Shown here in pieces: positions 25,875 to 37,509 of a stretch of 64,000 bases of DNA (positions within the stretch are counted from its first letter, which is position 1; every line of letters starts with the position of its first letter). Location of the stretch: positions 806,001 to 870,000 of the forward strand of contig MU063611.1 of NCBI GenBank assembly GCA_013265495.1, written 5' to 3'. The stretch is from Vicugna vicugna. Taxonomy: Eukaryota. Under the pieces are notes generated by a model. That model searched no databases. It was not told the DNA's origin and saw only the letters and a program-made list of their open reading frames with translations. The position numbers and the translations under genes are program-made.

Positions 25875-26559
25875 ATTTCCTTCCTCTCTTCATCATTCAT
25901 CTCTTTTGTTTTGTTTTTTAATGTTTTTCTCCTTGATTCATCCTTGGGAGTTGATTTTTCTCTCATTTCAAAAAATGAAAAATAAAAATAGAAACCTGAA
26001 CAATCTCTTTACTTTCATTCTGTTGCTATCATTTTCTATTTCTTCTTACCTACTTAATTTCCTTCCTTTTGGGAAACTCTGGGGAAGGTTGGGGGTGGGG
26101 TGGCAATAGTACAGGGAAACTTAACAGCCCTGTGCTAACTTCCCTTCTATAGCTCAACGAAAGAAGCATCCATTGCAAAACTCAGGTCCCAACTATGCAC
26201 ATGTGTACTGTGCACTTTATAGATGGTCCTTGGCCAATGTGCGTGCCAAGATCACCTCCCCCTGCCACCCGGTATGCTCCTTCCCTCAGCTGGGGTGTGC
26301 TCAGGAATTGCTAAACCATCTTAATACAGACCTGAACAGTCCCACATCAGCTGTCAGCTGCAGAAGGAGGTTTTCTTCATCATGTAAGGCATTCCAAATT
26401 CAAAAGATTTAGGAGTTATCTGGATAATTTGCTCCTAACATTAGTGAGGGTAAATACGAGTTGAATGCATTTGTCTGTCTCGTACATAATTTGATTTCTC
26501 CTTCCTATTGAAGCTGTGCTACTTGGAGCACATCTGTGAACTGAGATCCTCTTAACACC

Positions 26560-26727
26560 TTGCTAATCGGAGCATGGTGCCTGGGCTGGTGGCATCAGCA
26601 TCTTCCAGGAGTTTGTTAGAAATGTAGCATCTCAGACCCTATCCCCTGACCTGCCAAATCAGAAACTTCATTTTAACAGCATCTCCAGGTGGCTCACATG
26701 TACATCAAGGTTAGAGGAGCTCTGTTA
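26560..26727. mobile_element. MER5A-type hAT-Charlie MITE
   Basis: gcatcagcatcttccaggagtttgttagaaatgtagcatctcagaccc...atcagaaact...ttttaacagcatctccaggtg. Confidence 0.85.
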
Positions 26728-27240
26728 AGCATACAAGACATCTGGAGTTTGGGCTGGAGAAGTGATGGGGCTGCACTGCTAAGCTTGCTGCTTCTGCTGT
26801 GCCACACCCACTACAAGCACGTTTGTACCTCTCGGGTGTCTCCAGGCCCCCCAACCCTTTTCAGTCTCTAATTTTCTTCACCTCTCCACCCTTTGCACCT
26901 CTCACCTCTGCACTGGGCTGCTAAGGCCTTGGTCTCCGGGGCTGTGGGTGCCCCTGGTGTGTGGGCTGGCCACCCTCCTCCCTTCCTGCTGGGTCTGCCC
27001 GTACCTGTGTGAGCTGTTATCACAGAGACTGATGACTTGACATTTACAGTTCCTTTCCCAGAGAGGAGCACAAGACATTTCATGAAAGCTGCACATAATC
27101 CTCCTCAATCCTCTGTAGAATGGAGAGGGAGAGCTGCATTTTAAAATAATTCCATTTGATTCATTCCCACCTATATGCTATACTCTCCCCTTCTCAAGGA
27201 GGAGGAAAGCAAATAACTAAAGACGCACCGCCCTTGAGGG

Positions 27241-27242
<2 letters not shown>

Positions 27243-27283
<41 letters not shown>

Positions 27284-27299
27284 CACATGTGCATGCACA
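27243..27299. repeat. (GT)15(GC)3 microsatellite within a 57-bp alternating purine-pyrimidine tract
   Basis: Seen directly. Confidence 0.95.
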
Positions 27300-29569
27300 G
27301 CGCATACATGTAACATTTCTGATTTTCAAAAAGGCTTCTGGCTTAAGCAACTTCAGATTCTTCGTAGGACTTCTGACTCTCTGACGATAGGCACTTGTCT
27401 GAGTATTCCTCTCCCCATTCTGCAAACCTGTCTGTCTACCGGAAGCTCATAACCTCAAGCACCCATATTCCCAAGGGTGCTCAGGCTGGAGACCACGTGT
27501 GATCAATGTGTCCCTAGAGATTTGTTTCAGCTTCACACTGAAGACATAACCCCAAACCACATCCTTAGCGTTTCAGCAGATATTCTCCACACCAAGGCAA
27601 TATAAGATAAGCACTTCTTCAAACACATACCCCTGCATTTTAGTTCCTCTTTTTTTCTGGGTCTCTCATATCCCCCAGCAGCCTTCAGCATTAAGCCCTT
27701 CACTTGGAATCATCAGTTCTTCCTTTCTTTCCTTTTAGGCAGACAAGAACGTGGCAGGCAGCCTCTGGCTGATGCAAATGCAGCGAACGTCTCCCAGACG
27801 TCAAGGGTTGCAATCAGTTTGTTGTGGTTCTGTTCCCCTGAATAGCCTGACACAGTCCTGAATAACCTGTCAAGCTCATCTGCTTGACACTCTACACCTC
27901 AGCCCTGTGAGGAGAGCAGGGTCCGGAAGCTTCCAAAGGGATCACATCTCCTGTCGGGTCATTGTTGGGCATCACATCTCCTCCCAGCAGCACTTGTAAG
28001 ACATGTCAGACGGTGTGGTTCCTCATACGTGGTGTTAGACCTCCAGTTTTTAAAATATCTCCAAGAACAAAAAGAAAGAGTCTCATCCACCTTCTATGTT
28101 ACCACAGTTGCAGACATTTTATGTTAGCCTCCTAGGAAGCGGGAGTAAGAGATGGAAGTGGGCAGCTAAGGGAGAGGACTGGACCTCCCACAGGGGTGCC
28201 CACCACTGCTGTCACGGAATGGAGCACTGGGTCCTCTGAAAGTCTCTGGGGCGGCTCTGTAGGAACACAGCAGGGCCCCTCAAACTCATCCCTCAGCTGT
28301 ACAGATGTGCGAACTCTCAGACCCCAGCTTCTCTCAGGAAGTCCCCACCTATCATCAGACTGAGATAAGAGTCTTTTCTCCTAGCCACGGAATGAAACAC
28401 GGCCTCTCAGAAATGAATCTTTTTAATTTAAGATTCCATTTAGATTAAAGCTAGTTAATTCAGCTAAAACAGACACCACAGGGATGTGTTATGAACAAGG
28501 AGCAATAAGCCATTTGCTTTACTGAGTTCTAGAAGGGATGCATAACTTACACTCTGGCCTAGTAGGTGACTTTTCTGTGAGTCTCAGGGGTTTGGAGAAA
28601 AATCCAATTTGAATATTTTAAGATCCTTAGAAGGATCTGGTTGGTAACAGGGAGTGACATGCTTTCTACAGATTAACTCATATGGAAAATAAGACCCGTA
28701 TAAGTGACCCCCTTGCATATTTCTGGAATGGTCTCAAAATGGAATGTCCTTCTCTCACAGCTCATTTTGTAACACCATTCTTTAAATCTACTAAAGAAAA
28801 GAACAAAATATAGGAATGGACCTCATTTCAGTCCTTCGTCCTAATTCTGCCCATATTTAGAAACTATCAGATTGGCTGGCACACAATCCTTAGGTTATCA
28901 CTATTTCTGTTCTGTGAAACAAATATTTGCTGTCCATATTGAGTGCTTGGGGCCACCATGGAGGATACCAAAGTGTGACACTCAGTTTACTACACAAGAT
29001 TGTAATCCACATAGAGCCAGGCTAGTCTTTTCTCACCTAGAAGTCAGCCTTAGCTTGGAGTCTCAGTCAAAGAAATACAGTCAAAAGTACCCAAGAAGCA
29101 ATTTATATCTATATTGAAATCTATTAAAAAATCACCCAAAGAGATCCCATTTATAACACACAGCAAAGCTGACTGAAACCAGCTTTTCAAATCACTTTTT
29201 ATCTACATATATTATTTGTGTGTGCATTTATATGCTTTGCACCTGCCCCCAGAAATTCGCTTCTCCTTTGCCAAGCTTCCAAAATGTCTCAAACTCAACT
29301 CCCGCAAGACATCTTCTCTGTCTCCCTCCCCAGTGCCTGTAGCTAATACTTTTGTCTTTGTCAGCAGCTCTCTGATACTTCCAATGTAAAGCTGGCTGGC
29401 CTCTGCCATCTTCTCCCACAATCAGTAAGTGATTGTCCCAGGAGCCCACCTGGTGAGACACTAGGAGAGTGAGGCGGGAAGAGGTGCAGGGTGCTTCTCC
29501 TCAGCAAACTGAGGAGGGGAAGATGCTATGAATATTTAAAGGATGTTCATTTTCCTATCAGGAAGGAAC

Positions 29570-29710
29570 TGTTTAACAAATACTAATTGAATACTTATTT
29601 TATGGGCTACACACCACTGAATATGAAGTTTATTGATAAAACAGACCTGGTCCCTGCCCTCAAGGAGCTTATTATCTATAGGGGGAGCAATCAGTAAGTG
29701 AATAATTACT
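29570..29710 (-). mobile_element. L2 3' tail
   Basis: ttaacaaatactaattgaatactt...aaacagacctggtccctgccctcaaggagctt. Confidence 0.8.
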
Positions 29711-29889
29711 ATTATGATGAGTCCTGCAGCCACCAGCAGGGTGCAACTCTAATCCAGATGTCACTTAAGATATAGATTAAAGCTGTCAAATCCCATTCCA
29801 TACCCAGTGATTACATCCAGAGCTGTCCTCAAGATGCCTGCAAAATTCCCAAGGAGATGAAGATGCGGAAATGAGGTATATTTTCCTAC

Positions 29890-29957
29890 CTCTGCTGAAT
29901 TCTCTCTCATTCCCTGCCTCTTCTGAATTCTCTCTCATTTCCTGCCTCTGCAGAATT
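29890..29957. repeat. 28-bp tandem repeat, about 2.4 copies
   Basis: ctctgctgaattctctctcattccctgc / ctcttctgaattctctctcatttcctgc / ctctgcagaatt. Confidence 0.9.
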
Positions 29958-30547
29958 ATTCTTGTTCTCTTCTCTGTGCTTGGAGGTCAATCCTTTATCT
30001 CCCTAATTCCCTACTCAAGCAACAAGGGAACAAAGCCTGTGATATGTAGCAAAACTTTCGCTGAAGTTTTCTGGGTCACCTCCAAAGAGTTACAATTCTG
30101 CATGACACAGCAAATAACTTAAAACTACATATTAGTCATCTCATCTTAACAGTCTCTTTGGCCACCATGACATGGGATTTCTCACTGGCCTCCCTACTTC
30201 AATTAGCACCTAGTCATTGACCATCTTGCTGCTGCTGTTGGGTAAGTGCATACACACACACAATTGTCAAAATAATTCCAAATTCGTCTCACACTGTCAT
30301 GCACAGAAATTCAGTTCTCTCCAACCCTCCAATCATATCCAAAGTCAGCTCTAGGCACTTGGATAGCTGAAACCTTCAGTTAGAGGAGCAAAAGGGCTGG
30401 CTGTATGTTAAAAGCAAAAAGAACCACAAATTTATAGTCTTTCCTCTAATAGGATCTAGCCTCCTTTATTAAGTGACAAAAAGAATTATGCCAACACTGA
30501 GAGATATAAAAGTTGTCCCTTTCTGTGTAATAAGATTAGACCGAAAA

Positions 30548-30655
30548 CTCTCTAAGACCCACTAGACTATAAGTTCCAAAAAAGCAAGGACAGTGTCTGC
30601 CTTATTCTCTGCTGTATCTAATATCTAGCTATCTCAACAAATGTTTTGAATAATT
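30548..30655 (+). mobile_element. L2 3' tail
   Basis: cccactagactataagttcc...gcaaggacagtgtctgccttattc...caacaaatgttttgaat. Confidence 0.75.
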
Positions 30656-30816
30656 TATTAAAAATCCTGTTCAGTACTGACATTCTGTAATTCTTTAATA
30701 TTTGCAATTCTTTTATCTATTTTTATTTTTTATCATACTTCTCTCACATTTGGAGGACATGTAGAAGAAAAGCTTTAGTCAAAAGAGTTAAAACATTAAA
30801 TCTATATAATTATTAC

Positions 30817-31400
30817 TACATTAGGTAGGATTATTTCAGCTACAAATAACTGAAGAACCACTTCAAAAGGCTTAAATGATAAATAAATTTATTATTTCAC
30901 ATAATCCGAAGTTCAAAGATGAGGTCATCCCAAGGCTAATCAATTTTGCATCTTGGTAACATTATGGATATCCAGATTCTTTCAACTTTCTACTCTGCCA
31001 TCCTTAGTGAGAACATCTTATAGCTGCAAAATGGCTATATCCACACCAAATATCATATGTTGGTGTGGATATTGCCCACAAAACAAAGTCCTTCTCTGTG
31101 TCCTTCACCAGGAACAAAGATAACCTTCCCAGAAGCCACATCATAGACTTTAGCTCATATCTCACTGGCCAAAACCGTATTACCTGCTTAGTCCTAAACC
31201 AATCAATGGAAAGGGGAATGGAATAACCATGGCTGCCTAAGACTAACCAGAATTCAGCTCTTGGAGTTAAGACAGCAGTCTCAAAAAAACCTAAAGTCCC
31301 TGAAGAACATGGTCACTCCTTGCCTGAACAAAACTGGAGTTCTGTTAGCAAGGATATACGAAGGAGTGTCTGTTGGGTAGTCAACCAACAGTATATGCCA
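30817..31400 (-). mobile_element. MLT1K/L-like solo LTR
   Basis: tacattaggtaggattatttcagctac...ctctgccatccttag...cttcccagaagcc...catatctcactggccaaa...ttctgttagcaagga. Confidence 0.8.
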
Positions 31401-32236
31401 TATTTACTATCATTTAAAAAAAAAGCCATTCTGAATGCAATCAGAATTATTTTGAATGGGGAACTAATTCCAAGTGAAGGAAATGTTTTTAAGATTGAGT
31501 TAGTGATTAACCCAAAATTGTCAATACTGATGTATTAATCTCTTTTTCTACAAAATGTTCATTGTATTTTGTGTCCAAAGTAATTGGAGTATTACAAATA
31601 AAAATTGTCAATGCCTTCTTTATTTTGATTATTTAGGATTCCTGTTTTAACTGAAACTTTTCAGAAGGCTGTATTACCACTCTTGATGTCATGACAGTGA
31701 AACAAAGAAAAACCACATGCAATAGATTACACCAAAATTTAGAAGCTGTTATTTACTTCAGATGAACCCATCCTCTTAGAAATATTCATTATGTTGCGGA
31801 AGTTTCTCTCCTGGATACCAAACAAGAACACACAAAAGCTAGTCATTAATGTTAGTGACCACAGAAAACCATGATAGACACTAGGGCTGTAAGTGCAAAG
31901 TGTTGGGCCATGTAGTTGAGATCCACAGAGAAAGATAGAACACTCTTTTTCATCTCGCCTGCCCTTGATAAGTCAAAGATTCTTTTAGATGTAAGTGATA
32001 AAAATCTGACTTAAACAGAACAAGACTTTTATTGACTTATCAGGACATTCTCTGTGAATCTCCATAGAAAGAAAACTTCTTTCTAATTTAAGTTTGGTAT
32101 CATCTTCTTCGAGGATTTTTTTTTTTTGAAACAGCAGAAAGTTTAAAGGCTTCCTACTTGCTTGCCAAATAGCACAGCATGATAAATCTTACAGCACCCA
32201 AATTACCATCAGCAGCATCCCAGTAACTCACATCTG

Positions 32237-32368
32237 NNNNNNNNNNNNNNNNNNNNNNNNNNNNNNNNNNNNNNNNNNNNNNNNNNNNNNNNNNNNNNNN
32301 NNNNNNNNNNNNNNNNNNNNNNNNNNNNNNNNNNNNNNNNNNNNNNNNNNNNNNNNNNNNNNNNNNNN
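32237..32368. other. N-run (132 nt)
   Basis: Undetermined bases. Confidence 1.
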
Positions 32369-33119
32369 CTCTTGCTCAAAGAGATTCAAAACAACAAAAG
32401 TAAAAATAATCACTGCTATTCTGAGAGTGAGACAAGTGATAGGGAATCTAACTGTGATCAGCTGGGAGTTATATTAAATCTAAACCATACATAAGAGCAA
32501 AAATGTTTAGTGGAGAAAAGGTCTTAAAATTTATCCACTGTAACCTCTCACTTAATAGATGAAGACATGAGGTCAGTGGCCTTGTAGTTAACATAGCCAG
32601 TTGGACATGTAAATTGACCTTCATTCCCTTCTTAATCCCAACTAGACTGTCAGTAAGAGTACTAAAGACATAAACCCACTAGGCAAAAGAGAACAAGAGA
32701 GGAGATACATAGTCTATGGGAGACCACAGGGGAGTGGATGAGAGTTGGTCATCAACTTAACATCCAATGAAGTCTAGAAACTCAGTAGCTCCAGATGGAC
32801 AATTCAATAATGAGAAAAACCTACTTGTGCCTCTAAACCCCAGAAAGGTATGGGAATTAGTGACACCTGGTACCTCTGAAGAGTTGAGGGATGGGAATGA
32901 AGATCCAGAGGATTGGCTGAAAGTCAGGATAAGAAGCCAGAAAAATCTCCTAAGTTGCCTTCCCAACTCTACTTAGCCAAGAGATTGTTCATCCTCCACT
33001 GTGGCAGAAGGTGAGAGGGTTTCCACTCCAGAAACACTGAACCAGGGAAGTTTCATACTAGGGCAGTGGAAGGAGGGGTGAGGCACAACAGGTGAATTAT
33101 ACTGAATTAGTAATGATGA

Positions 33120-33785
33120 CTATGATGATAGTAAAAATAGTTATAATGTACTGAACACTTGTTTTAAACACTGTAGGCACTTTATAGGCATTGATTCACT
33201 TAATCCTAAAAACCACACATATCCCCTACTTTTTGAAAGTTCGCTTTATGCTACGTCACTTTTCGTGAAAGACTTACATTAGTATCTGATTTTTGCTAAC
33301 TGAAGGAAATCAAACAGTATTTTTCACTTTACAAAATATACAGTAAATATCAAAAATAGCATTCAGCGTTTGCTTTGCAGAAAACCATTGCAGAGGCAAC
33401 TGGCACTCTGAGCAACAAGAATGGCACCACCAAGCTCCTTCCCCGGGAACTATACTCAGCATCTCAGTATCGAGCCGCCATAGCTTTGAACTATGTCTGT
33501 GAGCATGTGTGCTTTATCTCAATTTATTCTGTGCATCCGTTAGCAAAATGTGCCCTAAGGTAATTGTTTCTTCACCTCACACCATTTCAGTTAATGAAAG
33601 GTTTCAGAGGAATGCTCTACTTTTGGATACCAGGGGAAATCTGTATCCTATAAAGTAGGTACTACTAGTGCCCTAATTTTAGAGATGATGAAACAGGTCA
33701 AACAAGTCACAAGGAAGTCACAAGTGACAGAACGTTGAAACATGCCAGTCTGACTTCAGTGTCCAATTATTAACCACTGTAAAGG
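33120..33785 (-). mobile_element. MIR split by a DNA transposon
   Basis: Left half actgaacacttg...cacttaatcct; right half cctataaagtaggtactact...attttagagatgatgaaacagg. Confidence 0.75.
33216..33643. mobile_element. 428-bp TcMar-Tigger-type MITE (subfamily not determined)
   Basis: Imperfect TIRs cacatatcccctactttttgaaagt and (rc) cagatttcccctggtatccaaaagt, 17/25 identical; TA TSD on the right (33644-33645), CA on the left. Confidence 0.8.
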
Positions 33786-34288
33786 GGACTATCATCCCCT
33801 GGTCATGATTTCTAGAAATCCCTCATTCAGGTGTACAGCTGCAACAGTAAATTTGAGTGTTCTTCCTTAGAGAAGAATCACAGAGAAAAGACCTACATAG
33901 GTCCTGCCTGATCCAAGTTACCAGCCACCTGACCCACCAAGCACCCAGAGCTTTTATTCAACGACCTAGAACCTTACAACGGCACACAGACAGACATCAT
34001 GTATTTCAGGAAAGTCTCTGACATGAAAAAGAGGAACCAAAACAAATTGGAAAATGGAATTCAGAAAAATCAAAAAAAAAATAAAACATCTCAAAGAAAT
34101 AAGAAAAAATATTATATCCAAGAAACAAATGCAGAATGCTATCTTTAAAGGGAAAAAATTTTATTTTAAATATAAAAATCATAAATTAAAGCTGAAGAAA
34201 TTAGAAAATAAGTAAATGTAAATAAATAAGAAAAACTAAGAAAGGTGTATAATCAATCTACGATTCTAATATCTTATCTTTCTATTCT

Positions 34289-34362
34289 TATTTTTTGTTG
34301 AAGTATAGTCATTTTACGTTAGTTTCAGTTGTATAGCAAAATGATTCAGTTATACACATACA

Positions 34363-34398
<36 letters not shown>

Positions 34399-34504
34399 TT
34401 TTCAGTTTATTTTCCATTATGGCTCATTATAAGAAATTGAATATAACTCCCTATGCTATACAGTAGATCACTGCTGTTTATCTATTTTATATATAGTAAT
34501 GTAT
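34289..34504 (-). mobile_element. Younger L1 3' end (cetartiodactyl type)
   Basis: ttttttgttgaagtatagtca...atgattcagttatac...tgaatataactccctatgctatacagtag...tattttatatatagta. Confidence 0.85.
34357..34392. repeat. (CATA)9 microsatellite grown inside the L1 tail
   Basis: Seen directly. Confidence 0.95.
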
Positions 34505-35158
34505 TGTTAGGAGTTCTAAAAAGGAAAAACATATAGAGAAAAGAGAGGGGAGAAAATTATCAAAGAAATAATACAAGAAAATTTCTCAGAACTGAAAAAA
34601 ATGAAAAGGGCTATTAAATGTCCAACACAGTGAACAACAAAAGCAATTCCAAGGTACATCATTAATTTCAGAATATCAGGGATAAAGAGAAGGCCCAAAA
34701 AGCTTCATAGAGGACAAAGAAAACATGTACAAATAATTAGAAATCAGAACGACATTAGATTTCTCAAGAGGAACTCTATAAGTTAGTAGACTGGGGAGAA
34801 ATAACTTCATAATTCTGAGGGGAAATGATTTACAAACTAGCTTTGGCCAATTCTCCAACCTCTCCTGCTCTGCCCTGCCCTGCCCAATCTAATTTGCAAC
34901 TGACTTCTAATCCAGAAGGAATTAAGTAAATTTCCAGGGGCACATGGACTGGCCTGCACTGGACATGGTTGGGGTGGCTGCAGCAAACAATACTGTAATC
35001 CCACCACTACTGCTGTCATCATTTCAGGGACTCCAACCTGGGCAACTTTTCTGTGGCTTTCTCTATGGCAATCTTACTTATTTGTTGCAAACCCAGACTA
35101 TTCCACCTTTATGATAGGTTTCCAAAGTCTGATCTTTTGGAGCTAGTAAATTAATTTA

Positions 35159-35770
35159 TATATGTGTTTTCTATTGGCTGCTATAACCAATTATCACTAA
35201 TTTATTGATATAGAACAACACAAGTTTGTTATCTCACAGTTCTGTAGGTCAGAAATCCAGGCAGACTAGACTGGTTTCTCTGCTACTGGTCTCACAGGCT
35301 GATATCAAGGTATAGGCGAACCTGAGCTCTTAGCTGGAGGCTCTAGGGGAGAATCTGCTTCCAGATGCATTCACATTATTGGTAGAATTCAGTTCCTTGT
35401 GGAGGTAGGGCTAAGGTTTTTCTTGCAGACTGTCAGCCAGAAACTTCTCTCAGTTCCTAGAGGTCTCCCTTCATTCTTTGGACATAGCCCTCTACCTTTC
35501 AGGGCCACATCAAGTCCTTCTCACACTTGGAATCTCACTGATTTCTCCTGATGCTGCATCTCTTCTGCCTCCAGACAGAGAAAATTCTCTGCTTTTAAGG
35601 GCTCTTGCAATTAGACCAAGCCCATTCCAATAATCCAGGGTGATTAACCTATTTTAAGGTCCATAATCTTAAATACATCTGCAAAACCCCTTCTGCCATG
35701 TTACGTGACTGATTCACAAGTTCCAGGATTGGAACGTGGATATCTTGGGGGAACTATTCTGCCTACCACA
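35159..35770 (-). mobile_element. MLT1D/E-type solo LTR, full length
   Basis: ttttctattggctgctataac...tctcacagttctgtaggtcagaaatcca...ggagaatctgcttcc...attctgcctaccaca; near-TSD attta/atttc. Confidence 0.9.
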
Positions 35771-35889
35771 ATTTCTAAAGAAAAAAAACTCAGTTTATTA
35801 TGGCAGTAGATAAATCTATTTTTTCCCTGATCCCTGGCTGGAATAGGAACATTTGTAATTTCATATGTATCTGATAAGACCAGCAATTA

Positions 35890-36200
35890 CTAATAGAAGA
35901 AAATTTGAATGCCTACTATGTGAAAGCACTGTGGTAGACCTTGGGAATTCAAAAGTGATTATACACAGAATCCACTCTCAAGATGCTCACAATCCAGCAG
36001 AGGAGATAGAAAAATAATCATAAACATATGTGGAAAATTCAGTGTAGGATAAACTCAACATCTTTAAAAGCATAGTAATGGGGCACCAACCCAGCCTCAG
36101 AGATGGGGTGCAGTTTCTTGAACGAAATTACACTGAATTGAACTTTCAAAAATAAGCAGGAGTCAACCTGAAAAGGGTATGTGAATTGGGAAGGCAGAGA
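35890..36200 (-). mobile_element. L2 fragment
   Basis: ttgaatgcctactatgtgaaagcactgtg...ctctcaagatgctcacaatccagcagaggagataga. Confidence 0.75.
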
Positions 36201-36227
36201 AGGAAAAAAAGCAGAAAAAATACAAAT

Positions 36228-36303
36228 ATGTATATATTATATATTTATAATAATATATATATATATATAAATATATAATATATACAACACACATACACAC
36301 ACA
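36228..36303. repeat. (TA)n/(CA)n low-complexity tract
   Basis: tatgtatatattatatatttataataatatatatatatatataa...acacacatacacacac. Confidence 0.9.
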
Positions 36304-36464
36304 GGCACAATTTTAGAATACAAAATGAACAACTGGAAAGCAGGAATTTTCTCTTATAAACAAACATTGTAGTTCCTAAAAAATGATGTGAATGTTAAAG
36401 AAACTATACGTCTAATAATTTGATAATACATTATAGTCATACATGCTACTGACATTTTCTGAAC

Positions 36465-36650
36465 AATTGAATACATGTCATTTAATATTTCATCATCCCT
36501 GTGAGGTTAGAAAACACATATTGTTATTTCCATTTTATGGATGTGAAATATAGAATTCAGAGGAATTAGGGACTTTATCAGAGATGACCCACCTGCCACC
36601 TGATGGGACTCAGATCAGAAATCAAGCCATCCAGATCCAGTTAGAAAGTT
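36465..36650 (-). mobile_element. MIR fragment
   Basis: catttaatatttcatcatccctgtgagg...ttccattttatggatgtgaaa...ttcagagg. Confidence 0.65.
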
Positions 36651-37377
36651 CAGTTCTTATTTCACTACAGGGCACCACCTCTACTCTGCAAAGTTTTCTG
36701 TTCAATTTATTTAGTTCTTTGCCTCATCTTTAAAATGGATGTGATTATAATTATGGACTTATGAAACACCAGAAAGATAGCAATTGATTTTTACTGCCTT
36801 TGAGCTTACTGCACAAAATAGGAACAAAATTATACCTGTACTCAGATATTACTGCTTTGTTGATTTTCATGTTTCCCAAAATGAATAATTTTTTGTTGTT
36901 CTACCACAGTCATTAAAAGAGATAGAAGATCTGATCTGTAGAAACACTGTGACTGTCACAGGGAAGCCTCCTGGAGGAGCTGCGGGCTATTGATATTCTC
37001 TCCTCAAGCCGGAAACAGTCTCCAGAGATCCATGAGAAACACAGAATCACAACAAAGACTGGAAAACAAATTGATGGAATCAGAGACGGCTACAGACCTG
37101 TAAACAGTTTTTCACGCTGATGCCATTTCAGTTTGAATCATCCTTTAGTTTTGCAAATTGATGGGGAAAAAATCTAGTTTTATTTCAACGTGTTTAACGT
37201 TTCAGTTAAAGACCAAAGAGTAGGTTTCTACACTCAAAATGGTTCCTTTTGGATGCTTTGTTAAAAATCACAAAGCTCCTTCCCCAAAAGAGGCCCATTT
37301 GTTACACTGCAACATTAGGCACAAACTCAAAGGAGAAGGCGTGACTTTGTACGAAGGTTTTAATATTTTCATAAAGA

Positions 37378-37509
37378 NNNNNNNNNNNNNNNNNNNNNNN
37401 NNNNNNNNNNNNNNNNNNNNNNNNNNNNNNNNNNNNNNNNNNNNNNNNNNNNNNNNNNNNNNNNNNNNNNNNNNNNNNNNNNNNNNNNNNNNNNNNNNNN
37501 NNNNNNNNN
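37378..37509. other. N-run (132 nt)
   Basis: Undetermined bases. Confidence 1.

Larger units (their letters stand above)
32620..34840 (+). mobile_element. Ancient L1ME/HAL1-type 5' UTR and ORF1 region, broken into about 32620-33095, 33790-34275 and 34505-34840
   Basis: ggaaagtctctgacatgaaa...gaggggagaaaattatcaaagaaataatacaagaaaatttctcagaactg...gggataaagagaagg...ttctgagggg. Confidence 0.75.

Noticed and set aside
25448-26109. 172- and 199-aa ORFs
   Set aside because: Artefacts of translating N-runs. The same applies to the other X-containing ORFs in the track
27156-27452. ORFs of 98 aa (+) and 84 aa (-)
   Set aside because: Driven by the (GT)n microsatellite (VCVCVC / HTHTHT)
29025-29060. 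Third minus-strand AG|GTGAGA site (29037/29036)
   Set aside because: Pyrimidine tract is only about 4 nt and the branch-like CTGAC is too close to the AG
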